Assembly (NCBI GenBank): GCA_963785725.1 | Contig: CAWAWS010000026.1 | Location: 1-64,000 of the forward strand | Length of the DNA: 64,000 nucleotides | Origin: an uncultured delta proteobacterium | GTDB lineage: Bacteria; Myxococcota_A; Polyangia; Palsa-1104 | Reading direction: 5' to 3' | Shown: positions 18,460 through 27,669 of the stretch, one piece after another | Layout: the number at the start of each line of letters is the position of its first letter | How positions within the stretch are numbered: the stretch's first letter is position 1 | Made by a program: the position numbers and the translations under genes | The notes under the pieces: model-generated | What the model saw: the letters and a program-made list of their open reading frames with translations, nothing else | Database searches by the model: none | What the model was told of the DNA's origin: nothing

Positions 18460-20312
18460 GCGTCGAGCTTTCGGATGCGGCTGAACTCGAGCGCGTCGCG
18501 GGTGAGCGCGTCGGCGATGGCCGAGGCCAGGTCGTCTTCGCCCGGCGCCGCGGCGGCGACGACGAGGTAGCGCGCGTGCTGGCCTTCGATCTCGACCAGC
18601 TCGACGTGCGCGGCGCGACCTTGGCGGCGCACGGCGTCGACGAGCGCCTTGCGAATCCGCCCTTGCGGCGCCCGCGCGTCGACGGTGACATCGTAGTGCG
18701 CCGGCAGCGTGTCACCCAAAATCCGCAGCGGCCGAAACAAGAGGACGAGGTGCGGCAGGCGCACTTCGGCGCCCGAGCGCTCTTCGACGCGCACGTCGGT
18801 CAGCGTGACCGCGGTGACGCGTCCCGAGTGCGGGCCGAGCTCGATGTACACGCCCGGCTGCAGGCGCCGGCTGAAGAGCAGGAGCGTGCCCGCCGCCGAG
18901 TTGGCCAGCGCCGGCGCCGACGCCAAGACCGCGGTGACGGTCAACGCCAGGCCGCCGATGCGCAAGGCGCCCCATTCCGTGCTGTCGCCGACGACGAGCG
19001 GCGCCGCGGCCAAGAGCGCGCCGATGACGGTGACCGCGCGCGCGACGACGCTGAACGGCAGCGCCTGCTCGGGCGACAGCCAGCGCAGATGAATGCCGCC
19101 TTGCGCCACGCTCTCGAAGAAGACGCGTAAGAACCGCAGCAGCATCGCCAGCGCGAAGGCGCCGATGGCGACGAGCACGACCACCGGCAGCGCCGCGCCG
19201 AGCCGGCCGAGCAGCGTCGCCAGCGGCACGAGCACGAAGCCGCCGATGCGCCGTCCGAGCGCCTCCGTCGCCGGCAACAGCGACAGCGACAAGAGGAGCC
19301 AGCTGCACAAAATGCCCAGCTGCACGATCGGCTTGGCGACGCTGATCGACGTCGAAATGGCCACGCGCATGGCCGCCGGCGTCAGCACCTCGACTTTGCC
19401 GATGCGCAATTCGGGCATCGTGTCGCGCGCATCGAGCAGCGCCGACACGCGCAGCGCCACTCGGCCGACCGCGCCCAGCAACAGGAACGAGGCCAAGCCC
19501 ATGAGCACGATGAGCGAGATGGAGAAGAACAGCTGGGCGACGGCGCGACGGCGCAGCTCGGTGTGCAGCCCTTCCTTGACGGCGGCCGCGCAGGTCTCGG
19601 CGTGCACGACGAGCGAGGTGTCGTCGTCGGCGCGCGCGTCCTCGGCCGTCAGCTGAATCAGCGGCGCGGCGCCGACGAACACGACCGCGGTCGAGCCGTC
19701 GAGCGTGACGTGGACGTCGCCGGGCTGACCGACTTCGACGAGCTGCTCGAGCAGCCGCGTCGCCCGGCGCGCCCGATCTTCGGCCGTCACGCCGGCGCGC
19801 GCGACGCGAATGGCGAACAGGCGGCGATCGCCGATCTGCACGAACGCTTCGGACCCCTTGTCCGGCTTGACGCTGGCGCCGCTCGCCGCCGCCGCCGTCT
19901 TCGCCGCGGCATGATCGGCGGCCGCCGTCTTCGCCGTATCGTCGACCGGGACGGGCGCTTCGACCGCCTTGGCCGGCGCGACGTCGCCCGCCGGCGCGCT
20001 CGCCGCCGCCGCCGCCGCGACGGTGGCCGGCGCGCCCGTCGCCAGCGTCGCCGCCGCGCTGGTGACGCCGTTGGCGCCGACGAGCGCGCCGGCCGCGCTC
20101 GTCGCCGTCGCGCTGGCGTTGGCGGCCGCGTTCGCCGTCGCCGGCGACAGCTCGTTGCGGGTCGTCCCGGCCGGCGCCGGCACGCCGCTCTCGCCGACGA
20201 CGACGGCAGGGCCGCCGCCGTCCGCTCGCGTCGGCTCGGTGGCGCCGGCGGCCGTCGTCGACATGAGCGCCAGAAAGCAGCCGAGCTGCGCTGCACGGCT
20301 GCGTGGCTGCAC
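18456..20312 (-). CDS. MscS-family mechanosensitive channel with periplasmic N-terminal domain
   Basis: GTG start with GGAGG RBS; LANSAAGTLLLFSRRLQPGVYIELG...GRV MscS core; Ala-rich linker. Confidence 0.8.
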   Translation of the reverse strand: MQPRSRAAQLGCFLALMSTTAAGATEPTRADGGGPAVVVGESGVPAPAGTTRNELSPATANAAANASATATSAAGALVGANGVTSAAATLATGAPATVAAAAAASAPAGDVAPAKAVEAPVPVDDTAKTAAADHAAAKTAAAASGASVKPDKGSEAFVQIGDRRLFAIRVARAGVTAEDRARRATRLLEQLVEVGQPGDVHVTLDGSTAVVFVGAAPLIQLTAEDARADDDTSLVVHAETCAAAVKEGLHTELRRRAVAQLFFSISLIVLMGLASFLLLGAVGRVALRVSALLDARDTMPELRIGKVEVLTPAAMRVAISTSISVAKPIVQLGILCSWLLLSLSLLPATEALGRRIGGFVLVPLATLLGRLGAALPVVVLVAIGAFALAMLLRFLRVFFESVAQGGIHLRWLSPEQALPFSVVARAVTVIGALLAAAPLVVGDSTEWGALRIGGLALTVTAVLASAPALANSAAGTLLLFSRRLQPGVYIELGPHSGRVTAVTLTDVRVEERSGAEVRLPHLVLLFRPLRILGDTLPAHYDVTVDARAPQGRIRKALVDAVRRQGRAAHVELVEIEGQHARYLVVAAAAPGEDDLASAIADALTRDALEFSRIRKLDA

Positions 20313-20526
20313 TGGGGACCTCCTCGGTCGATGGGCTGGCACGTTCGCGGCCGCGATCGTCGCCCATTCGCCGGCCGCTGTCGACCCGAATGCGCGCGCA
20401 TGACTGGGGTGCACACGGTCGTCGCCTGGGGTGCGCGGTTCCCAGTTATGTCAGCTCGATTCCTTTTAATTCGAGAGTTTGAATGCGGCCCGAAGCGTGC
20501 ATTAGCGCCAGCCGATGAGGGGTCAC

Positions 20527-21612
20527 ATGGCGCGCCTCGCCATGCTTACAGCGGTCGTGTGCGCATCGGCCTGCACGCAGCCGTCGACGGCGTTGATCAT
20601 GATCGACGCCTCGCCGCGTGCGACCTTGACGGCGGTCTACGGCCAAGTGGCGCTCGGGAACAACCCGCCCGGCGCCGAGCAGCAGATCAAAAGTGGCGAG
20701 CTGCAGCTGCCGGGCACGCTCGACGTCTGGCTCCCCGACGTCGCCGAGCAGGCGACGGTGCTGTTGCGCGCGACGACGACGGATGGTCAGACGCTGACGG
20801 GAACGGTCTATCTACAGATCGTGCCGCACCACGCGATCGGCACCTCGGTGACGCTGACGGCGACCGGCGGAATCGGCGGCGGCCTCGGCGGCGGCGGCGA
20901 CGGCGGCGTCCAAACCGACGACGGCGGCCTGCCGATGGTCGGCGACATGGGGCAGCCCACGTCGTCGTCGCCCGACATGACGACCGGCGGCGCGCCGCCG
21001 CCGCCGGCCGACATGGCGACGAGCAACGTGCTGGCCGCCGACACCTTCCACCGCGCCGCCGACCAGGCGCAATGGGGCACGGCCTCCGACGGGCTCTTGT
21101 GGAGCACCAGCGCCGACGAGGCGACCTATGCGATCGCCGCCAACATCGGGCTCATCGACGGCGACAGCGGCAACGCGACGGCCGAGCTCGGCCCGGTCGT
21201 CGCCGACGCCGACATCGTCGTCACCGGCTCGTTCAGCGCGCTCGTCAACAACCACGACGGCAACAACGAATTCGCCGCCATGGCGCGCTGGAACAACGAC
21301 AACAACTTCTACAAGGCGGGCATCGACGGCCAGATGTTCCGCCTGTTCGTCCGCGCGTCGGCCACGTCCTCGACGACGCTGTCGACGATCAGCTATCCGG
21401 CCAACCCCAACACCAGCTACACCATCCGCCTGCACGTCGTCGGCGGCGCGCTCGAAGCCAAGGTCTGGCCGTCGTCGTCGACCGAGCCGCCGACCTGGCT
21501 CGTCAGCGCCACCGACGCCACCATCGCCAGCGGTCGACCGGGCGTGCGCCTCGTGTTCAACGTGCCCGGCTCGGTCGCCAGCTTCACGAACTACCTCGTG
21601 ACTAAGCCGTAG
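20527..21612 (+). CDS. Hypothetical lipoprotein with beta-sandwich C-terminal domain
   Basis: Lipobox ASAC; DGG/DMG/PDMT linker; DTF...ARW...FYKAG...KVWP...EP..W pattern. Confidence 0.7.
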   Translation: MARLAMLTAVVCASACTQPSTALIMIDASPRATLTAVYGQVALGNNPPGAEQQIKSGELQLPGTLDVWLPDVAEQATVLLRATTTDGQTLTGTVYLQIVPHHAIGTSVTLTATGGIGGGLGGGGDGGVQTDDGGLPMVGDMGQPTSSSPDMTTGGAPPPPADMATSNVLAADTFHRAADQAQWGTASDGLLWSTSADEATYAIAANIGLIDGDSGNATAELGPVVADADIVVTGSFSALVNNHDGNNEFAAMARWNNDNNFYKAGIDGQMFRLFVRASATSSTTLSTISYPANPNTSYTIRLHVVGGALEAKVWPSSSTEPPTWLVSATDATIASGRPGVRLVFNVPGSVASFTNYLVTKP

Positions 21613-21994
21613 CGGGCGCGAGCGCGGCGCGGAAGGTGAACCAGCGCTGCATCGGGAACGTCCAGGAGAAGAAGACGACGCTGCCGGCGGCGAGCCAGCT
21701 CACTTGATAGGGCAGCCCGAGGCTGTGCACCTGCAGCCACATCAGAAAGAGGCCGAGCCCGAGACCGCCGCCGACGACGAAGCCGTGGCGCACGAGCTGC
21801 GGCCAGACGGCGCCGCCCGCCTGAAACGCCCACTGCCGATTGGCGATGAAGCAGACGACGAGCCCGGCGACGCTGGCGAGGATCGAGCCGGCGAGATAGT
21901 TCACGTGACAAAGCGACACGAGCAGCGAGAGAATGACGAACTCGATCGCGACCGCTGCCAGCGACGATCCAGCACACCGAACTAGCATCTTCAT
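21602..21994 (-). CDS. GtrA family protein
   Basis: Four TM helices; FIANRQWAF and QRWFTF motifs. Confidence 0.85.
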   Translation of the reverse strand: MKMLVRCAGSSLAAVAIEFVILSLLVSLCHVNYLAGSILASVAGLVVCFIANRQWAFQAGGAVWPQLVRHGFVVGGGLGLGLFLMWLQVHSLGLPYQVSWLAAGSVVFFSWTFPMQRWFTFRAALAPATA

Positions 21995-22087
21995 GACGCT
22001 ATAGTCTGCACGACGAATGCATCGCGTCGACGGCGGTCTGGCGCTCGGCCGGTGATCGTTCGGCGACTTTTGCGTGACAGTCGCCGC

Positions 22088-22462
22088 CTATTCGTGAGCG
22101 ATGCTGTCGACGCGATCGGGATAGAACGCGACGTACTCTTTGATCCGCGCCACCGCGTCGTACGGCGTCTCGTAGGTCCAGACGGCGTTGACGGTGCGCG
22201 CGCCACCGACGGGAATGCTGTAGTAGCTGCAGTCGCCCTTGTAGGGGCAATACGTCGAATGGCCGGTGCGCTCGAGCAGCGTGAAGTCGACGTCGCGGCG
22301 CGGAATGTACTGCACGGCGCCGTAGCTCGCCTCGCGCAGGCTCAAGGCCGCGCGCGTATCGGCGACGATCTGGCCGGCGACGCGAACGACGACGCGCTCG
22401 GGATTGGGCGTGATCGTAATCGGATGATCCGGTCCGGGAATCTTGACGGGTTTTGCGGTCAT
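22088..22462 (-). CDS. DUF427 domain protein
   Basis: IADT, YIPRRDV, TYCPYKGDCSYY and AVWTY motifs. Confidence 0.92.
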   Translation of the reverse strand: MTAKPVKIPGPDHPITITPNPERVVVRVAGQIVADTRAALSLREASYGAVQYIPRRDVDFTLLERTGHSTYCPYKGDCSYYSIPVGGARTVNAVWTYETPYDAVARIKEYVAFYPDRVDSIAHE

Positions 22463-22562
22463 TGGCGGGCTCCCTCGTTTTCGTCGCGGTTGTCGCTACG
22501 CGCAAAGCTACGCCTATTGGACATGGGTCGCCGATGCGCCGGAAGCCAGCTATATTGAACGC

Positions 22563-24086
22563 GTGCAGCCCACGACCGAACCGCGCGTCATCATTCGCAG
22601 CTGTGCCGAATACGACCCGGAGGCGATCCGCAAGATCGTCCGCGAGGGGCTCGACGAGCTCGGCCTGAAGCCGCACGGGCGCACGTTGGTCAAACCCAAC
22701 CTCGTCGCCGCCGGCAAGCTGTTCCCGCACGCGCACGTGCGGCCCGAGTTCGGCGAAGGCGTCCTCAACGCGCTGCGCGACGTCGGCGGCGACGACATCT
22801 CGGAGCTGGCCGTCGGCGAGCGCTGCGGCATCACGATCCCGACGCGGCTGGCCTTCGAGCAGTCGGGCTTCGAGACGATGGCGCACCGAGTTGGTGTCAA
22901 ACGATACTATTTCGAGGAAGAGCAGCAGGTCGAGATCCCGTATACGCACGAAGGTCGGCTGCGCGATTACGTGTTCACGCCGGAGCCGATCGCCAAGGCC
23001 GACTTCTTCGTGAACATGCCGAAGTTCAAGGCGCATCCGTGGACGACGGTGACCTTCGGCTGCAAGAACTACATCGGCATTCAAGACGATCGTCATCGGC
23101 TGATCGATCACGATCATCGGCTGAACGAGAAAATCGCCGACTTGCAGTACATCATTCAGCCGCAGTTCCTCGTCATCGACGCCATCGTCGCCGGTGAAGG
23201 GCGCATGCTGACGCCGAAGCCGTTCGACCTGAAGCTCGTCATCATGGGCAACAACCAGATCGCGTTCGACGCCGTCTGTTGCGCCATCATCGGCGTCGAT
23301 CCGCGCACGGTGCCGCACATCGCGCTGTCGGCCGAGCGCGGCTTCGGCACGCTCGACCTCGCCCAGATCAAGATCACCGGCGACGTCACGCTGGCGCAGG
23401 CGCGCGAGCGCGCCAAAGGCTTCGAGGTTGGCCTCGTGCGCGTCGAGAAATACTTCGAGGGCACGGCGATTACGGCTTACGCCGGTCCGCCGCCCGACGC
23501 CGAGCGCACCGACTATTGCTGGGGCGGCTGTCCGGGCGCGATCGAAGAGGCCATCGAGGTCTTGCGCCTCTTCGACAAAGGCTGCGACGCGCGCATGAAG
23601 CGGCTGCACGTCGTCTTCGGCGCTTATCGCGGTCCCATCGACGCCAAGCCGGGCGAGAAGGTCGTCTTCATCGGCGACTGCGCCAACTGGGAAGGGCAGA
23701 TCGACGACAAGTTGGTGCAGATCAAGAGCGTCTATCAGCCGCGCTCGACGAAGGATCCGCATCACGCCAAGCACGACGACATCTACGGCAAGATGATCTC
23801 GGTCAATCGCGTGCTGCGGAAGTCCAAGGGCGATCCGTACATGCGCATGGAGGGCTGTCCCGTCAGCGTCGCCGAGCAGGTGTTGGCGCTGGTCGAGCTC
23901 GGCGGCACGAAGAACCCTTATTTCGACAAGGCCGAAGCGGTCGGGTTCAATAAGGCGTACCTCACGTGGCGGATCGTGACGGCCTTCAAGCGGCTGTTCG
24001 GCAAGAAGTACCAGCAGTCGGGCCCGACCGCGCGCGGCGAGGCCGAGCCGCACGTGCAGCCGCCGCATCATCACCACCATCACTAA
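22563..24086 (+). CDS. DUF362 domain protein with C-terminal His6
   Basis: LVKPN, NMPKFKAH, KNYIG, VIDAIVAGEG and AFDAVC motifs; ends in PPHHHHHH. Confidence 0.85.
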   Translation: MQPTTEPRVIIRSCAEYDPEAIRKIVREGLDELGLKPHGRTLVKPNLVAAGKLFPHAHVRPEFGEGVLNALRDVGGDDISELAVGERCGITIPTRLAFEQSGFETMAHRVGVKRYYFEEEQQVEIPYTHEGRLRDYVFTPEPIAKADFFVNMPKFKAHPWTTVTFGCKNYIGIQDDRHRLIDHDHRLNEKIADLQYIIQPQFLVIDAIVAGEGRMLTPKPFDLKLVIMGNNQIAFDAVCCAIIGVDPRTVPHIALSAERGFGTLDLAQIKITGDVTLAQARERAKGFEVGLVRVEKYFEGTAITAYAGPPPDAERTDYCWGGCPGAIEEAIEVLRLFDKGCDARMKRLHVVFGAYRGPIDAKPGEKVVFIGDCANWEGQIDDKLVQIKSVYQPRSTKDPHHAKHDDIYGKMISVNRVLRKSKGDPYMRMEGCPVSVAEQVLALVELGGTKNPYFDKAEAVGFNKAYLTWRIVTAFKRLFGKKYQQSGPTARGEAEPHVQPPHHHHHH

Positions 24087-24090
24087 GGCG

Positions 24091-24903
24091 CTATTTCGCG
24101 GCCAGCTGGCTGCAGAAGTAGACGGCCGGATAGGCGGCGGCCCACGCGAACAGGAAGCGGTTGAGGCCGAAGATGCGCGCGTTGCCGACGTGAAAGACGA
24201 AGGCGACGGCGAGATAGCCGAGGCAGAGCGCCGGTCGCAGCAGCGCCAGCGGAAACGTGCACTCGAGCAGCAGCGTCGCCCAGCAAAGCACGCGCGCCGC
24301 CGTGGCGTTGGCGAAGAGCGCGCGCGGCCACGGCGGGCGATCGTAAATCGCCGTCGCGACGAAGAAGGGCAGGGCGCGGCCGTCGCGCCAGCTGGCCGTG
24401 CGCAGCTTGGCGACGCCGGCGAGGAAATAGGAGGTGCACGTCTGCACGGCGACGTAGAGGAGCGCGCCGGTGGCGGCGCGCGAATCGGGCGGCGCGACGC
24501 TGGCGACCGTGAGCGCCGTCAGGATGACGAGCGTCATGAAGTCGCTGCCGCCGTTGAAGGTGCCGCGCCAGCGCAGCTGCACGAGCACCGTCGTCACCAG
24601 CAAGATCGCCGGCGCGGCCGCGGTCCACGGCGTCAGCGCGAAGAGGCCGAGCGCCACCGCCGCCGCCAAGCGCACGACGAGCAGCACCACGAACGGGCGC
24701 GGCCGCAGGAGCTGCGTCACGACGGCGCCGAACGGCCGCGGCAGCGCCGACCACTCGCGCGCCAGCGTCGACCAGCGCCAAATGCCGTCGCCGGCGGCGA
24801 CGCGGTGCAGCTGCAGAAGCTCGATCGTCTGCAGCGTCACCGCCAGCGCCACGAGCCGCGCCACCAGCTGCCAGGCCAGCGTCAGCGTCAGGTCGGTCAG
24901 CAC
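24091..24903 (-). CDS. HTTM-domain membrane protein (SdpB / gamma-carboxylase-like)
   Basis: FNGGSDFM, YFLAGVAKL...W.DG, LLECTFP and FHVGNARIFGLNRF motifs. Confidence 0.8.
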   Translation of the reverse strand: MLTDLTLTLAWQLVARLVALAVTLQTIELLQLHRVAAGDGIWRWSTLAREWSALPRPFGAVVTQLLRPRPFVVLLVVRLAAAVALGLFALTPWTAAAPAILLVTTVLVQLRWRGTFNGGSDFMTLVILTALTVASVAPPDSRAATGALLYVAVQTCTSYFLAGVAKLRTASWRDGRALPFFVATAIYDRPPWPRALFANATAARVLCWATLLLECTFPLALLRPALCLGYLAVAFVFHVGNARIFGLNRFLFAWAAAYPAVYFCSQLAAK

Positions 24904-25412
24904 AGCTCATACTCGGGCGAGACCAAGACGTCCTCGTCGCCGCCGTCGACACGATGCAGCCGCAGCTTGAACTGATAGCGCGTCCCTGTGGGCGGCGGGC
25001 CGTCTTGGCGCAGCCGAAATTGCACGAGGTTGCGCGTCAGCTCGTAGGCGACCGACTCGGCGACGCGCTCGGGATGCGCCGGATCGGCCGCCTCCAGCTC
25101 GTCGAGGAGCTGCTGCACGAGCGAGCCGCACGCGAGCAGGAGGTTGCCGTCGGCGTTCAAGACGAGCGCGCGCCAGCGCCGCGGCGGCCGCGGCAACGCC
25201 GGCCGCCACTCGCCGAGCGCCGCGTCCACGCCGGCGCGCAGACACAGCTCGGGCTCGTCGCCGATGTCGTCGAAGAACTTCCACGACGGGAAAAAGGCGC
25301 GCAGCAGCTGCACCGCGCGGCTCGGCACCGCCGCCGTCTTCCAGCGCGACATGACGACGAGCAGCGCGAAGTAGGCGAGGAGCAGTCCCGAGAACGTCGT
25401 GAGCGGCGACAT
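24897..25412 (-). CDS. Single-TM partner of the HTTM protein (SdpA/DUF5819-like)
   Basis: N-terminal TM segment and FFPSWKFFD motif; overlaps the HTTM gene start. Confidence 0.65.
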   Translation of the reverse strand: MSPLTTFSGLLLAYFALLVVMSRWKTAAVPSRAVQLLRAFFPSWKFFDDIGDEPELCLRAGVDAALGEWRPALPRPPRRWRALVLNADGNLLLACGSLVQQLLDELEAADPAHPERVAESVAYELTRNLVQFRLRQDGPPPTGTRYQFKLRLHRVDGGDEDVLVSPEYELC

Positions 25413-25476
25413 GCAGCCTCCGAGCGCCTTCCACCGTATCAGGAGTAGGGCTCAGCTGCGCGGTCGTCGCGGTCGC

Positions 25477-26469
25477 TTAGCCCGTCGGCGGCATGCCGCC
25501 GAAGCCGCCGTCGGGCGGAAAGCCGCCGCCGCCGGGCGGACCTCCATCGCCGCCCATGCCGGCTGACCCGCCCGGCGCCGTGCACAGCGACTCCGACGTC
25601 GCCGCGCGCAAAATGATCGTCTTGGCGCAGACGAGCGAGCCGTCCGGCATCTTCGTCATGTCGAACAGATAGTCGCTCACCGCCGACGCGGCCACCGCCG
25701 TGTCGTTGCTGTTGTTGGTGTCCCGCTGCGTCGACCGCGCGTAGGGCGACGCGTTGGCGAAGATGTCGTCGGTGATGGTGTCGTCGAAGAGCAGCTGCGT
25801 CGTCAGATACTCGGTCTGCGTCGTGTAGTCGCCGGCCCCGCGACGGATGGTCAGATGCAGATGGATCGTGCGGCCGGAATACCAGCCGGGATAGCAGCTG
25901 TAGAAGTCGACGAGGCCGTTGCCGTCGGTGGCGCGCACGCCGCGGAAATATTGGTAGGCCTCGAGCGGCGAAGGCGAGCTGCCGTCGCAGAAGGCGAGGT
26001 TCTGCGACTCGCCCGAGTAGGTGCCGACGGGCATGACGTGCCAGACGTCGACGGTGGCGTCGGTGACCGGGTTGCAGCTGTCGTCGACGAGGCGCAGCGC
26101 GAAGCGCACGGGCACGCCGGCCAGGCCGTCGGAGATGTCCTGCGTGACGCGCGTCGGCGCATAGCACGGTCCGAGCGTGATCGAGCACGTCGGCACGCTG
26201 CAGCTGGAGACGGCGCCGCTGAACGGGTTGTACGCCTTGGTCGCCGCGCTCAGGTCGGCCGTGCCGCCGATGGCCCACGGCACGCTCGCGGCCAAGTCGT
26301 TGCCGGCGGCCGCGCCCAAGTCGGCGCCGGCCGCGCTCGTCGTCGTGCCCGAGCTCGAGCAGCGTACGAGCGACAAGAAGGGCGCGACGGCGAGGCCCGT
26401 CCCCATCAGGCGCAAGACGTTTCGGCGATTGGGAAGTCGGAAGCGTTCGATCGGCTGTATCGGTTTCAC
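25477..26469 (-). CDS. Tat-exported intradiol ring-cleavage dioxygenase-like lipoprotein
   Basis: NRRNVL Tat motif and VRC lipobox; GPCY, VDVWH, RGV..TD and YPGWYSGRTIHLH. Confidence 0.88.
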   Translation of the reverse strand: MKPIQPIERFRLPNRRNVLRLMGTGLAVAPFLSLVRCSSSGTTTSAAGADLGAAAGNDLAASVPWAIGGTADLSAATKAYNPFSGAVSSCSVPTCSITLGPCYAPTRVTQDISDGLAGVPVRFALRLVDDSCNPVTDATVDVWHVMPVGTYSGESQNLAFCDGSSPSPLEAYQYFRGVRATDGNGLVDFYSCYPGWYSGRTIHLHLTIRRGAGDYTTQTEYLTTQLLFDDTITDDIFANASPYARSTQRDTNNSNDTAVAASAVSDYLFDMTKMPDGSLVCAKTIILRAATSESLCTAPGGSAGMGGDGGPPGGGGFPPDGGFGGMPPTG

Positions 26470-26598
26470 GGGTCCTCCGCGTCAGGTCACTTGTTTGTGC
26501 CTGCGGAGTCGCCCTTCATCGCGCCCACGAACAGTTCTAAACGGCGTCGCGGCTTTTCTTCACAAAGCGCGCGTTTCTGCGGTCGATTGTGGGCGGTT

Positions 26599-27669
26599 TT
26601 ACGTGGCGTCGCGGACGATGGCGAGGCCGCGCGTCGGCCTGGGCGCGTACGCTTGCGCCTGCCGCGTCATGAGCGCGACGACAGCGTCCGCCCACACCGG
26701 CGTCGCATTCAGCGACGGCACCAGCGTCAACGACTCGCCGCCCGCCTTGACGAAGTCCGCGCGCGCGCGAATGCCGATCTCTTCCAGCGTCTCCAAACAG
26801 TCGGCGACGAACGCCGGGCAGAAGACGACGACGCGCCGCTTGCCGGCTTTGACCAGCTCGGGCAGCACCAAGTCGGTATACGGCCGCACCCACGGCGTGC
26901 GCCCCAACCGCGACTGAAACGACACGCTGTAATCGCCGGCGCCAAGGCCGAGCTTGGCCGCCAGCGCGCGCGTCGTCGCATAGCACTGCGCGCGATAGCA
27001 GTTGCGATTGACGGTGCCGATGGCGTCGCAGCAGCTGTCGCTCGTCAGGCAGTGTTTGCCGCTGTCGTCGGACTTGCGCATGTGGCGCTCGGGCAGGCCG
27101 TGATAGCTGAAGAGCACATGGTCCGGCTTCTCCGCCGCGATGATCGGCGCGCCGACGGCGGCGAAGGCGCCGATGAAGCCGGGATCGTCGTAGAACGGCT
27201 CGATGAACGACAAATTGGGCGTGACCCACAGCTTGCCGGCGACGCGGAAGATCTCCTCGACGGTCGAGCCGGTAGAGGCCGACGAATATTGCGGATAGAG
27301 CGGGAACACGACGATGCGATCGACCGCGCGCTCGCGCAGCTTCGTGAGCGCGCTCTCGATCGACGGCGAGCCGTAGCGCATCGCCAGCTCGACCGTCCAC
27401 TCGGCGCCCAGCCGCGCGCGCACCTGCTGCACGAGATCGACCGAGTGAAACAGGAGCGGCGAGCCGCGATCGGTCCACACTTTGCGATAGGCGTGCGCGC
27501 TCTTGGCCGGTCGAAACGGCAGGATGAACAGGTGCAAGAGCGCCGCGCGCCCGATGGGATGGATGTCGAGCACGCGCGGATCGGAGAGGAACTGCCGCAG
27601 ATAACGCCGCACCGCCGCCGCGTCGGGCGCGTCGGTCGTCCCCAGGTTCACGAGCAGAAGGCCGGTCAT
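26599..27669 (-). CDS. hemH: Ferrochelatase with Cys-rich insertion
   Basis: LLVNLGT, AMRYG, PLYPQYS, FSYHGLP, FQSR and FVADCLETLEE motifs. Confidence 0.95.
   Translation of the reverse strand: MTGLLLVNLGTTDAPDAAAVRRYLRQFLSDPRVLDIHPIGRAALLHLFILPFRPAKSAHAYRKVWTDRGSPLLFHSVDLVQQVRARLGAEWTVELAMRYGSPSIESALTKLRERAVDRIVVFPLYPQYSSASTGSTVEEIFRVAGKLWVTPNLSFIEPFYDDPGFIGAFAAVGAPIIAAEKPDHVLFSYHGLPERHMRKSDDSGKHCLTSDSCCDAIGTVNRNCYRAQCYATTRALAAKLGLGAGDYSVSFQSRLGRTPWVRPYTDLVLPELVKAGKRRVVVFCPAFVADCLETLEEIGIRARADFVKAGGESLTLVPSLNATPVWADAVVALMTRQAQAYAPRPTRGLAIVRDAT

Noticed and set aside
24064..24086. His6 tail as cloning-vector contamination
   Set aside because: It is continuous with native-looking sequence and there are no vector elements.
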